Below are positions 8,910 to 20,414 of a stretch of DNA of 21,947 nucleotides, piece by piece (position 1 is the first letter of the stretch; each line of letters starts with the position of its first letter). Both the position numbers and the translations under genes were made by a program. The notes under the pieces are model-generated. The model saw only the letters and a list, made by a program, of their open reading frames with translations, was not told where the DNA came from and ran no database searches. Origin of the DNA: Candidatus Omnitrophota bacterium (GTDB lineage Bacteria > Omnitrophota > Gorgyraeia > 2-01-FULL-45-10 > JBDRSA01); the NCBI GenBank assembly GCA_043825275.1, contig JBDRSA010000060.1, forward strand, positions 1 through 21,947, read 5' to 3'.

Positions 8910-10502
8910 ATGAATCTGCAGCAACCGAACGCAAATGATGTAACACAGACGGCGAACAGGTCGCGGAATGTCGTCCCTACCTCAGGGCTCTGTACGCGAT
9001 GTATCGACGGATGCCGCGGCAATTGCGAAGTATTCAAAGCAAGCTTTCGCGGCCGCGAAGTGATCTATCCCGGCCCATTCGGGGAAATTACGGCAGGAGG
9101 CGACAAGAATTACCCGATCGATTATTCGCATCTCAATATTCAGGGATATGCCATGGGGGCGAAAGGTTTGCCGAAAGGGGTTGAAGGTAATCCCGATACC
9201 GCGATATTTCCGGCGGTAGATACCGAGACCGAATACGGCTGGGATGAGAAGGTGAAGTTGAGGATCCCCGCGTTTACGGGAGCGCTCGGGTCGACCGAGA
9301 TCGCGAGGAAGAACTGGGAGCACTTCGCGATCGGAGCGGCTATTTCCGGAGTTACCCTTGTTTGCGGTGAAAATGTCTGCGGTATCGATCCAAAACTGGA
9401 GCTCGACAAACATGGCAAGATCAAGAAGGCCCCGGACATGGACCGCAGGATCGAGACGTACCGGCGATTCCACGAGGGCTACGGCGAAATCCTTGTCCAG
9501 ATGAACGTCGAAGATACCCGTCTCGGCGTCGCTGAATACGTCAGCAAGAAGCACAAGCTTGAAACTATAGAGCTGAAGTGGGGGCAGGGCGCGAAGTGTA
9601 TCGGCGGAGAGATCAAAGTCGAGAGCCTCGACCGCGCGCTTGAGCTGAAGAAGAGAGGCTATATCGTTACGCCGGATCCGTCCGTAAAATCGGTTCAGAA
9701 AGCGTATAAGCATGGCGCGATCAGGGAGTTCGAGCGTCATTCACGTCTCGGGTTCGTTACCGAAGAGGCATTTTTTGCGGAGATCAAACGGCTTAGAGAC
9801 ATCGGATTCAAACGTATTACGCTGAAGACCGGCGCCTATCCGATGCGTGAGCTTGCCATGGCGATCAAGTATAGTTCTTTGGCCAAGATAGATCTTTTAA
9901 CCATAGACGGCGCGCCGGGCGGAACGGGGATGAGCCCCTGGCGGATGATGGAAGAGTGGGGCGTGCCTACCTTCTATCTGCAGTCGATGACGCATGAGAT
10001 ATGTGAGCGGCTCGCGAGAAAGGGCATGCGCATTCCCGATATCGCCATAGCCGGCGGCTTCTCAACAGAAGATCACCTATTCAAAGTGCTGTCGATGGGA
10101 GCGCCGTACGTGAAAGCGGTCTGTATGGGAAGGGCCTTTATGATCCCGGGCATGGTCGGTAAGAATATCGGCTACTGGATCGAAAGCAAAGATCTTCCGC
10201 AGACGGTTTCCCGTTTCGGGAAGACGCCGAATGAGATATTTGTCTGCTATGACGAGCTTGCCGAGAAGTACGGGAAGGACATAAAAAATATTCCGCTCGG
10301 GGCCTTGGGAATCTACAGTTTTTCCCAGAAGCTCAAGGTTGGCCTGCAGCAGCTTATGGCCGGCAGCAGGAATTTCAGGCTCAGCACCATTACCAGGAAT
10401 GATGTGATGGCGCTCACCGAAGAAGCAGCGAGAGTATCGGGGATCCCCTTTATTATGGATGCTTTTCGCAAGGAGATGGAGGAGATCGTCGAGGCAAGGT
10501 AA
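8910..10502 (+). CDS. Glutamate synthase-related FMN-domain protein (GltB domain-2 paralog, no amidotransferase or GXGXG domains)
   Basis: 530 aa. WGQGAKCIGGEIKV matches GltB QGAKPGEGGQLPG. DGAPGGTGMSP matches GGDGGTGASP. IAGGFSTEDHLFKVLSMGA matches the GltB FMN-phosphate region. N-terminal CTRCIDGCRGNC (nt 8991-9026). AAGGAGA Shine-Dalgarno upstream. Confidence 0.85.
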   Translation: MNLQQPNANDVTQTANRSRNVVPTSGLCTRCIDGCRGNCEVFKASFRGREVIYPGPFGEITAGGDKNYPIDYSHLNIQGYAMGAKGLPKGVEGNPDTAIFPAVDTETEYGWDEKVKLRIPAFTGALGSTEIARKNWEHFAIGAAISGVTLVCGENVCGIDPKLELDKHGKIKKAPDMDRRIETYRRFHEGYGEILVQMNVEDTRLGVAEYVSKKHKLETIELKWGQGAKCIGGEIKVESLDRALELKKRGYIVTPDPSVKSVQKAYKHGAIREFERHSRLGFVTEEAFFAEIKRLRDIGFKRITLKTGAYPMRELAMAIKYSSLAKIDLLTIDGAPGGTGMSPWRMMEEWGVPTFYLQSMTHEICERLARKGMRIPDIAIAGGFSTEDHLFKVLSMGAPYVKAVCMGRAFMIPGMVGKNIGYWIESKDLPQTVSRFGKTPNEIFVCYDELAEKYGKDIKNIPLGALGIYSFSQKLKVGLQQLMAGSRNFRLSTITRNDVMALTEEAARVSGIPFIMDAFRKEMEEIVEAR

Positions 10503-10538
10503 AAAACCGTTCACGCCTGAATTGTCGCGTAATTATAA

Positions 10539-10567
10539 TTGACAATGAGGCCGTGAAGGAGTAGAAT
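10539..10567 (+). promoter_or_regulatory. Sigma70-type promoter candidate upstream of carA
   Basis: TTGACA (10539-10544), 17-nt spacer, TAGAAT (10562-10567). A second TATAAT lies at 10642-10647 with no good -35. Confidence 0.55.
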
Positions 10568-10575
10568 ACGAATTG

Positions 10576-10636
10576 AGAGAAACAAAGGCGTCCTTTCTAT
10601 ATACAACGAAGTAGAAAGGACGCTTTCTCTTTTGTT
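10576..10636 (+). terminator. Long hairpin with U-rich tail (terminator or attenuator-like) in the carA leader
   Basis: 12-bp stem GCGTCCTTTCTA (10588-10599) pairs with TAGAAAGGACGC (10612-10623). An outer 7-bp helix pairs AGAGAAA (10576-10582) with TTTCTCT (10624-10630). The 3' tail is TTTCTCTTTTGTT. Confidence 0.55.
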
Positions 10637-10675
10637 GAGGGTATAATACCGGTTTATGATACCGCAGGGGATCGA

Positions 10676-11779
10676 ATGAATAAGACAAAAAAGGCAAAAA
10701 TAGTCTTCGAAGACGGAAGGACTTTTGCGGGGAGTTCTTTCGGCGCCGGGGGAACCACCTTCGGCGAAGCTGTCTTCAATACCAGCATGTCAGGCTATCA
10801 GGAGATCCTTACCGACCCTTCCTACAAAGGACAGATCGTCGCCATGACCTACCCGCTTATCGGAAATTATGGGGTCAACTCCGAGGACGTAGAGTCGAGA
10901 AGACCGTTTGTTGAGGGTTTTGTCGTAAAAGAGAGAAGCCGCATCGCCAGCAGCTGGCGGAGCGAGCGGACTCTCGATGAGTATCTTGAGGAGAATGGTA
11001 TTATCGGCATCGAAGGGATCGATACGCGGGCGCTCACCCGGCACATCCGTCTTAAGGGCGCCATGAAAGCGGTCATATCAACCGATGATCTTGATGAGAG
11101 AAGACTAAGAAAAGCCGCGAAGAATTCCCGCGGCCTTACCGGGATAGACCTTGTGAAAGAGGTGCGATACGAAAAGATCACGCGCTGGAATAAGAAGGGA
11201 AAATATACGATCGCTGTTCTCGACTGCGGCGTTAAATTCAATATTCTCAGACGGCTTGATGAAATCGGCTGTAAAGTTGTCGTGGTTCCTTCTGACGCGG
11301 ATGCGGCTACGATACTGGATGAAAAACCGGACGGGATCCTGCTTTCGAACGGGCCCGGCGATCCGGCCGGCGTTCCGTATATTGTCGATACCGTCCGGAA
11401 CCTTATCGGGAAAGTACCGATATTCGGCATCTGCTTCGGACATCAGATGCTGGGGCTTGCTCTCGGCGGAAAGACCTACAAGTTAAAGTTCGGCCACCAC
11501 GGCGGGAACCACCCGGTAAAGGACCTGAAGACCGGCCGCGTCGCTATCACCGTCCAGAATCACAGTTTCTGCGTCGATGTCGACACGCTCAAAAAGAGCG
11601 ATATTGAGATCACCCACATCAACCTGAACGACAATACCCTTGAAGGTATGAGGCACAAAAAGCTCCCGATCTTCTCGGTCCAGTTCCATCCGGAATACGG
11701 CCCCGGCCCGCGGGACGCGGTGTATTTGTTCGGCGAGTTCGTAGATATGGTGAAGAAGCATGCGAAGAAGGGTCGATAA
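10676..11779 (+). CDS. carA: Carbamoyl-phosphate synthase small (glutaminase) subunit
   Basis: 367 aa. N-terminal FEDGRTFAGSSFGA and FNTSMSGYQEILTDPSY. Triad GATase motifs GICFGHQ and VQFHPE. Confidence 0.97.
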   Translation: MNKTKKAKIVFEDGRTFAGSSFGAGGTTFGEAVFNTSMSGYQEILTDPSYKGQIVAMTYPLIGNYGVNSEDVESRRPFVEGFVVKERSRIASSWRSERTLDEYLEENGIIGIEGIDTRALTRHIRLKGAMKAVISTDDLDERRLRKAAKNSRGLTGIDLVKEVRYEKITRWNKKGKYTIAVLDCGVKFNILRRLDEIGCKVVVVPSDADAATILDEKPDGILLSNGPGDPAGVPYIVDTVRNLIGKVPIFGICFGHQMLGLALGGKTYKLKFGHHGGNHPVKDLKTGRVAITVQNHSFCVDVDTLKKSDIEITHINLNDNTLEGMRHKKLPIFSVQFHPEYGPGPRDAVYLFGEFVDMVKKHAKKGR

Positions 11780-11790
11780 AAGGAAAGCCT

Positions 11791-11976
11791 GTCATTGCGA
11801 GTCCCGCGAAGCGGGGCGAAGCAATCTCCCGAACGAAGCGAGGGGGTCTTTTAGTAATTCTGACAGAGATTGCTTCGTCGCGGAGCTAAGTAAAAGTGGG
11901 GCGCTTCTCGCAATGACGAAGAGGGAAATAACTTCGTCGCGGAGCTAAGTAAAAGTGGGGCGCTCCTCGCAATGAC
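11791..11976. repeat. REP-like palindromic repeat cluster (GTCATTGCGAG ... CGAAGCAATCTC family)
   Basis: Unit 1 spans 11791-11828 and has an internal CCCGC-GAA-GCGGG hairpin. An inverted unit runs GAGATTGCTTCG (11866-11877) to CTCGCAATGAC (11907-11917). A 46-nt direct repeat occurs at 11872-11917 and 11931-11976, with 2 mismatches and a 59-nt period. Confidence 0.8.
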
Positions 11977-11992
11977 AAATAAGAGCTAAAAA

Positions 11993-13474
11993 ATGCCAAA
12001 AAGAACTGATATAAAAAAGATACTGATCATCGGCTCCGGGCCGATCGTGATAAGCCAGGCCTGCGAGTTCGACTATTCCGGCACCCAGGCCTGCAAAGCG
12101 CTCCGTGAAGACGGGTACAAAGTAGCCCTTATTAATTCAAATCCCGCTACGATCATGACCGACCCCGATATGGCGGATGCGACGTATATTGAGCCGATAA
12201 CGCCGGAAGTCGTCGAGAAGATCATCGAGAAAGAACGGCCCGACGCGATCCTGCCGACGCTTGGCGGGCAGACCGGGCTCAATACGGCCATGAAGATCTG
12301 CGAAATGGGCGTTCTCAAGAAGTACAACGTGAAGATGATCGGCGCGAATTATAATGTTATCAGGAAAGCCGAAAACAGGAACGATTTCAAAAAGGCGATG
12401 CTGAAGATCGGCCTCGACCTGCCGAAGAGCATGCTCGCGCATAGCATGAACGGCGCGCGGAAAGCTCTTAAAAAGATAGGCCTTCCGGTCATTATCCGGC
12501 CGAGTTTTACGCTCGGGGGCACCGGCGGCGGGATCGCGACGACGAAAGAAGAGTTCGAGTATATCGTTGCCCTGGGGCTCAAAAACAGTATGACCAGCGA
12601 GGTCCTGATCGAGGAGTCGATCGTCGGGTGGAAAGAGTACGAGCTCGAAGTGATGCGCGACATAAAAGACAACGTCGTTATTGTCTGTTCGATCGAGAAT
12701 CTCGATCCGATGGGGATCCACACGGGGGACTCGATCACGGTCGCGCCGCAGCAGACCCTGACCGACCGTGAGTATCAGACGATGCGCGACGCGGCGATCG
12801 CGATCATGCGTGAGATCGGCGTCGCGACGGGCGGGTCGAACGTACAGTTCGCCGTGAATCCCAAAAACGGAAGGATGGTCGTTATCGAGATGAATCCGCG
12901 CGTATCGAGGAGCTCCGCGCTCGCCAGTAAAGCGACCGGGTTTCCGATCGCGAAGTTCGCGGCGAAGCTTGCCGTCGGTTATACGCTCGATGAGATACAG
13001 AACGACATAACGAAAGAGACGCCGGCTTCGTTCGAGCCGACGATTGATTACTGCGTCGTGAAGATCCCGAGATTTACGTTCGAGAAGTTTCCCGAAGCGA
13101 AGGATATCCTCGGTATTTCCATGAAATCGGTCGGAGAAACGATGGCGATCGGCAGGACGTTCAAGGAAGCGATCCAGAAAGGATTACGCGGTTTAGAGAT
13201 CGGCCATGTCGGGCTCGACAACAAGAAATCGTTCAGGAAGATACCGGACAGCAAGATGTACAAGCGCCTGAAAGAGCCGAACGCGTCGAGAATATTCTAC
13301 GTAAAATACGCCCTTCAGAGGGGGATGAGCGTCAGGAAGCTCGCGGATATTACCGGTATCGACCCCTGGTTCATTCACAACATTAAAGAGATCGTCGATC
13401 TGGAGAAAAAGATAAAACAGGTTGCCAGTTGCCAGTTGCCAGAAAACAGAGAAAAAAATTCCCGCTGCCGATAG
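11993..13474 (+). CDS. carB: Carbamoyl-phosphate synthase large subunit, N-terminal portion of a frame-interrupted copy
   Basis: 493-aa [27 protein letters not shown], an ATP-grasp domain, and part of the oligomerisation domain. Homology to the downstream full-length paralog stops near the A7 run. The last residues ([17 protein letters not shown]) are partly repeat-encoded or out of frame. Confidence 0.9.
   Translation: MPKRTDIKKILIIGSGPIVISQACEFDYSGTQACKALREDGYKVALINSNPATIMTDPDMADATYIEPITPEVVEKIIEKERPDAILPTLGGQTGLNTAMKICEMGVLKKYNVKMIGANYNVIRKAENRNDFKKAMLKIGLDLPKSMLAHSMNGARKALKKIGLPVIIRPSFTLGGTGGGIATTKEEFEYIVALGLKNSMTSEVLIEESIVGWKEYELEVMRDIKDNVVIVCSIENLDPMGIHTGDSITVAPQQTLTDREYQTMRDAAIAIMREIGVATGGSNVQFAVNPKNGRMVVIEMNPRVSRSSALASKATGFPIAKFAAKLAVGYTLDEIQNDITKETPASFEPTIDYCVVKIPRFTFEKFPEAKDILGISMKSVGETMAIGRTFKEAIQKGLRGLEIGHVGLDNKKSFRKIPDSKMYKRLKEPNASRIFYVKYALQRGMSVRKLADITGIDPWFIHNIKEIVDLEKKIKQVASCQLPENREKNSRCR
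13421..13441 (+). repeat. Heptanucleotide tandem repeat (GTTGCCA)x3 inside the carB frame-overlap zone
   Basis: Exact copies at 13421-13427, 13428-13434 and 13435-13441. An A7 homopolymer follows 10 nt downstream at 13452-13458. Confidence 0.95.
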
Positions 13475-15231
13475 ACCTTCTAAAAAAGGCGAAGGAATTT
13501 GGGTTCAGTGACTGCCAGATAGCGGAGCTCATTGGTTCAGACGAGCTTGCTGTTCGCGGAGGTCGAAAAAAACTGGGTGTCCAGGCGACCTTTAAACTGG
13601 TCGATACCTGCGCGGCCGAGTTTGAGGCGTATACGCCGTATTACTATTCGACGTATGAATCCGAAGACGAATCGCGCCCTTCGAAAAAGAAGAAGATCAT
13701 GATATTGGGCGGCGGGCCGAACAGGATCGGACAGGGGATCGAGTTTGACTATTGCTGCTGCCACGCTTCGTTCGCGCTGAAAGAGCTTGGTTATGAGACA
13801 ATCATGGTGAACTCAAATCCCGAGACCGTATCGACCGATTACGACACTTCCGACAAGCTCTATTTTGAGCCGCTTACATTTGAAGACGTGATGAACATTG
13901 TCGACAGAGAAAGGCCGGATGGGGTAATAGTCCAATTCGGCGGGCAGACGCCTTTGAATCTCGCTAAAAAACTCCTTGACGCGGGTGTCCCCATAATCGG
14001 CACCTCGGTCAGATCTATCGATAACGCTGAAGACAGGGACAAGTTCGCGAAGCTTATCAGAAAGCTGAAGATCGACCAGCCGCCAAACGGCTCCGCGACC
14101 TCAGGAGAGGAAGCGCTGAAGATCGCGCGGCGGATCGGATACCCGATCCTGGTGCGGCCGTCATATGTGCTCGGCGGAAGGTCCATGAGGATCGTTTATA
14201 ACGATTCGTCGCTGAAAACTTTTATTAAAGAGGCCGCGGATACTTCACGGGAGCTTCCGATCCTGATAGACAAATTCCTTGAGGATGCCGTTGAGGTCGA
14301 CGTCGACGCGATTTCAGACGGAACGATGACCGTTATCGGCGGTATCATGGAGCACATTGAGGAAGCCGGGGTTCATTCCGGCGACTCGGCATGCGTGCTT
14401 CCGCCGCATACGCTGAGCGATGAGATCATCAATACGATACGGGATCATACGATCGCGATCTCAAAAGAGCTTAAAGTCGTCGGCCTTTTGAACATTCAGT
14501 TCGCGGTTAAAAACGATGTGGTATTTGTCCTCGAGGTAAACCCGAGGGCGTCGAGAACCGTGCCGTTCGTCAGCAAAACGATCGGTGTCCCGCTCGCGAA
14601 ACTCGCGGCAAAGGTTATGACGGGAAAGACCCTGCGTGAACTCGGATTCACCAAAGAAAAGCATATTGAACATATTTCGGTAAAGGAATCGGTGCTTCCG
14701 TTCTCAAGGTTTTCAGGAGTCGATATACTGCTCGGGCCTGAGATGAAGTCGACCGGCGAGGTCATGGGTATCGATACTTCGTTCGGCGTGGCCTTCTATA
14801 AAGCGCAGGCCGCGGCTGGACACGTCCTTCCGAAAAGCGGCAAAGTTTTTATCAGCGTCAAGAATGACGATAAGCGCGACGTGGTCTTTCTCGCGAAGAG
14901 ATTATGCGACATCGGATTTGAGATCCTCGCGACAAAAGGGACCGCCAAGGTTTTCAGGTCAAATGCCATAAAAGCAAAAACGCTCGGGAAGATCGGTGAG
15001 GGGCACACCGAACTGCTGGACCTTATCAAAAAGGGTGAGATACATCTTATTATTAATACTCCATCGGGCCAGCGGGGGCAGTCTGACATGAAGCCGATCC
15101 GCAGCCTTGCGGTCCTGCAGGGGATACCGTGCATAACGACGATCCAGGGAGCTCAGGCGACGGTAAACGGCATTGATTCAATAGCGAAAAAAGAACTTAC
15201 GGTCCGATCGATCCAGGAGTATCTTTCTTGA
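13429..15231 (+). CDS. carB: Carbamoyl-phosphate synthase large subunit, C-terminal portion of the frame-interrupted copy
   Basis: This frame is -1 relative to 11993-13474 and is open from 13387. Homology begins at [16 protein letters not shown] (nt 13459 onward). Second ATP-grasp ([20 protein letters not shown]) and MGS-like allosteric domain are present. The TTG start given in the ORF track has no convincing Shine-Dalgarno. Confidence 0.88.
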   Translation: MPVARKQRKKFPLPIDLLKKAKEFGFSDCQIAELIGSDELAVRGGRKKLGVQATFKLVDTCAAEFEAYTPYYYSTYESEDESRPSKKKKIMILGGGPNRIGQGIEFDYCCCHASFALKELGYETIMVNSNPETVSTDYDTSDKLYFEPLTFEDVMNIVDRERPDGVIVQFGGQTPLNLAKKLLDAGVPIIGTSVRSIDNAEDRDKFAKLIRKLKIDQPPNGSATSGEEALKIARRIGYPILVRPSYVLGGRSMRIVYNDSSLKTFIKEAADTSRELPILIDKFLEDAVEVDVDAISDGTMTVIGGIMEHIEEAGVHSGDSACVLPPHTLSDEIINTIRDHTIAISKELKVVGLLNIQFAVKNDVVFVLEVNPRASRTVPFVSKTIGVPLAKLAAKVMTGKTLRELGFTKEKHIEHISVKESVLPFSRFSGVDILLGPEMKSTGEVMGIDTSFGVAFYKAQAAAGHVLPKSGKVFISVKNDDKRDVVFLAKRLCDIGFEILATKGTAKVFRSNAIKAKTLGKIGEGHTELLDLIKKGEIHLIINTPSGQRGQSDMKPIRSLAVLQGIPCITTIQGAQATVNGIDSIAKKELTVRSIQEYLS

Positions 15232-15291
15232 ACCGGGATCCGGCATCCGCTCGGGGGCAGGTTCAAAGTAGATGCGCAATGTCCGTATCCG

Positions 15292-15300
15292 TGCTATAAT
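15292..15300 (+). promoter_or_regulatory. Extended -10 promoter candidate (TGcTATAAT) for the full-length carB
   Basis: TG at 15292-15293 and TATAAT at 15295-15300. No good -35. It lies 54 nt upstream of ATG 15354. Confidence 0.45.
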
Positions 15301-15353
15301 AATGTGCTGATAAATCATAGAGAATGTTGTTGTTCAATCGAGAAGGAGAGGAC

Positions 15354-18565
<3,212 letters not shown>

Positions 18566-18581
<16 letters not shown>

Positions 18582-20107
18582 TAGCGATCCTTGACTTCGG
18601 AAGCCAGTACACGCACCTGATCGCCAGGCGTGTCAGGGAGTGCGGGGTGTATTCCGAGATCGTGCCGTATACGATCACAAAAAAAGAGCTGCTCGAGAAA
18701 GACCCGAGCGCCCTGATCCTTTCGGGCGGGCCGGCGAGCGTGACCACAAAGAAAGGCCCCCGCTGCGATCGCGAGATCTTCTCGTTAGGTATTCCGGTCC
18801 TCGGGATCTGTTACGGGGCGCAGCTGATGGCGGAGATGCTCGGCGGGAAGGTTAGCGCGGCGCGCGCGCGTGAGTACGGCAAGGCGTCACTGACGATCAA
18901 GTCGAGAATATCACTTTTAAAAGGGGTGGGACAGACCGAGACGGTCTGGATGAGCCACGGCGATAAGATCACGATGCTTCCTTCCGGTTTTCGTATTATC
19001 GGATCGACCGACAACGCGCATGTCGCGGCGATGGAGGATGGATCGCGGAAATTCTACGGCGTGCAGTTCCACCCTGAAGTCGTCCACACGCCGAAAGGAA
19101 AACAGATCTTCGCCAATTTTGTTCATGGGATCGCCGGCTGCAAAGACGGCTGGAACATGAAGTCGTTCGTCAAGAGCCAGATAGGGGCACTGCGGGAGAG
19201 ACTCGGGAACGACAAAGTTCTCTGCGCGTTGAGCGGGGGCGTCGATTCGTCCGTTTTGACGGTGCTCTTACGTGAAGCGATCGGGAAGAACCTCATTGCG
19301 GTCTTTATCGATAACGGTGTTCTCAGGAAAGACGAAGCGCGTCTTGTGAAAGACAGGTTCAAGAACAAATATAAGATTAACCTGAAGCTTGTTGACGCAA
19401 GCGATATATTTCTCAAGCGGCTCAAGGGTGTGAGCGATCCCGAGAAGAAGCGGAAGATCATCGGAATGACCTTTATTTCCGTATTCGAAAAAGAGGCGAA
19501 GAAGATCGGCGCAATAAAGTACCTGGCGCAGGGGACGCTCTACCCTGACGCGATCGAATCGGTATCGCCGACCGGCGGCCCGTCGGCGATGATCAAGAGC
19601 CATCACAATGTCGGCGGACTTCCGAAGCGGCTGAAGTTCACGCTTATCGAGCCGCTCAGGGACCTCTTTAAAGATGAAGTGCGGCTTGTCGGCAAAGAGC
19701 TCGGGTTGCCGGACGAACTTGTGTACCGGCAGCCGTTTCCCGGCCCGGGACTTGCGGTGCGGATCATCGGGTCGATCACCAGGAAACGTCTTGATGTACT
19801 GCGTGAAGCGGACTGGATACTTGTCGATGAGATAAAACGCGCCGGGTTCTATCGGGATCTTTGGCAGTCGTTCTGTGTTCTTCTGCCGATCAAGACGGTC
19901 GGTGTCATGGGCGACCAGAGAACGTATGAGAACGCGGTCGCGATACGCGCGGTAACGAGTGAAGACGCGATGACGGCCAACTGGGCGCGGCTTCCGTATG
20001 ACCTTCTTGAAAAGGTTTCGAACAGGATCATTAATGAGGTGCAGGGCATCAACCGTGTTGTGTATGATGTCTCATCGAAGCCGCCGAGCACGATAGAGTG
20101 GGAATAG
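18566..20107 (+). CDS. guaA: GMP synthase (glutamine-hydrolysing)
   Basis: 513 aa. [18 protein letters not shown], GATase Cys in GICYGAQ, FHPE, ATP-PPase P-loop SGGVDSSV, C-terminal PPSTIEWE. The start overlaps the carB stop by 16 nt. Confidence 0.97.
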
Positions 20108-20110
20108 AAC

Positions 20111-20391
20111 AGTTCATAGTTCAAAGAGGATGTCCCGCAGGCGAACCATGGACTTTGAACTGATCAGATTACCAGTAGTTGTAAGAATGAAATTACGGTT
20201 TACGGTGCACGGTTAACGGTTTACGGTTAAGATCGAAAAAACAACCGATTAATCCGAAGAAGATCAGCATTGAAATTTGCATATTGCGTTATTGATCATT
20301 TTCAGCTCTTTTTTACCGTTCACCGTACACCGTTAACCGTAAACCGTCTCTGTTCTCCGAACTATGAACTATGTACTATGAACTTTGAACT
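20111..20391. repeat. Nested palindromic intergenic element, copy B
   Basis: Inner arms: 5 ACGGTNN heptads at 20195-20229 and 5 NNACCGT heptads at 20313-20347. The right inner arm differs from copy A at one base. The core at 20230-20312 is alignable to copy A. Outer heptads are AGTTCATAGTTC (20111-20122) and GAACTAT/GTACTAT/GAACTTT (20359-20391). The left flank carries about 70 nt of extra sequence, including GACTTTGAACT in the right-arm orientation. Confidence 0.85.
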
Positions 20392-20414
20392 AAATGGGAG
20401 TTAAGTAGCCAACC

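Noticed and set aside
10656-10679. 7-codon uORF (MIPQGIE) whose TGA overlaps the carA ATG (ATGA).
   Set aside because: It has no Shine-Dalgarno of its own and is very short, so it could easily occur by chance. It does not overlap the hairpin in a way that would couple translation to termination.
11760-11948. 62-aa plus-strand ORF spanning the carA-carB' spacer.
   Set aside because: It starts inside the carA 3' end and is a read-through translation of the REP-like repeats (CHCESREAGRSNL...). There is no Shine-Dalgarno and no motif.
11872-11976. Possible mini CRISPR array (two 46-nt direct repeats with a 59-nt period).
   Set aside because: There are only two copies. The 'spacer' is 13 nt. The repeats are part of a larger inverted-repeat family, and no cas genes or leader are present.
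11993-15231. Naturally split carB (separate N and C half genes), as reported in some thermophiles and methanogens.
   Set aside because: The break is inside the oligomerisation domain, not between the homologous halves. The ORFs overlap out of frame at a homopolymer. The downstream ORF lacks a credible start or Shine-Dalgarno. A single-base change restores one frame. A frameshift, real or artefactual, is the better reading.
15304-15353. ORF-track starts at 15304 and 15324 for the region upstream of the full-length carB.
   Set aside because: The conserved CarB N-terminus begins at MPRNNDIHKVLIIGSGP (ATG 15354), which has a strong GAAGGAGAG Shine-Dalgarno. The upstream extensions cover the promoter-like region.
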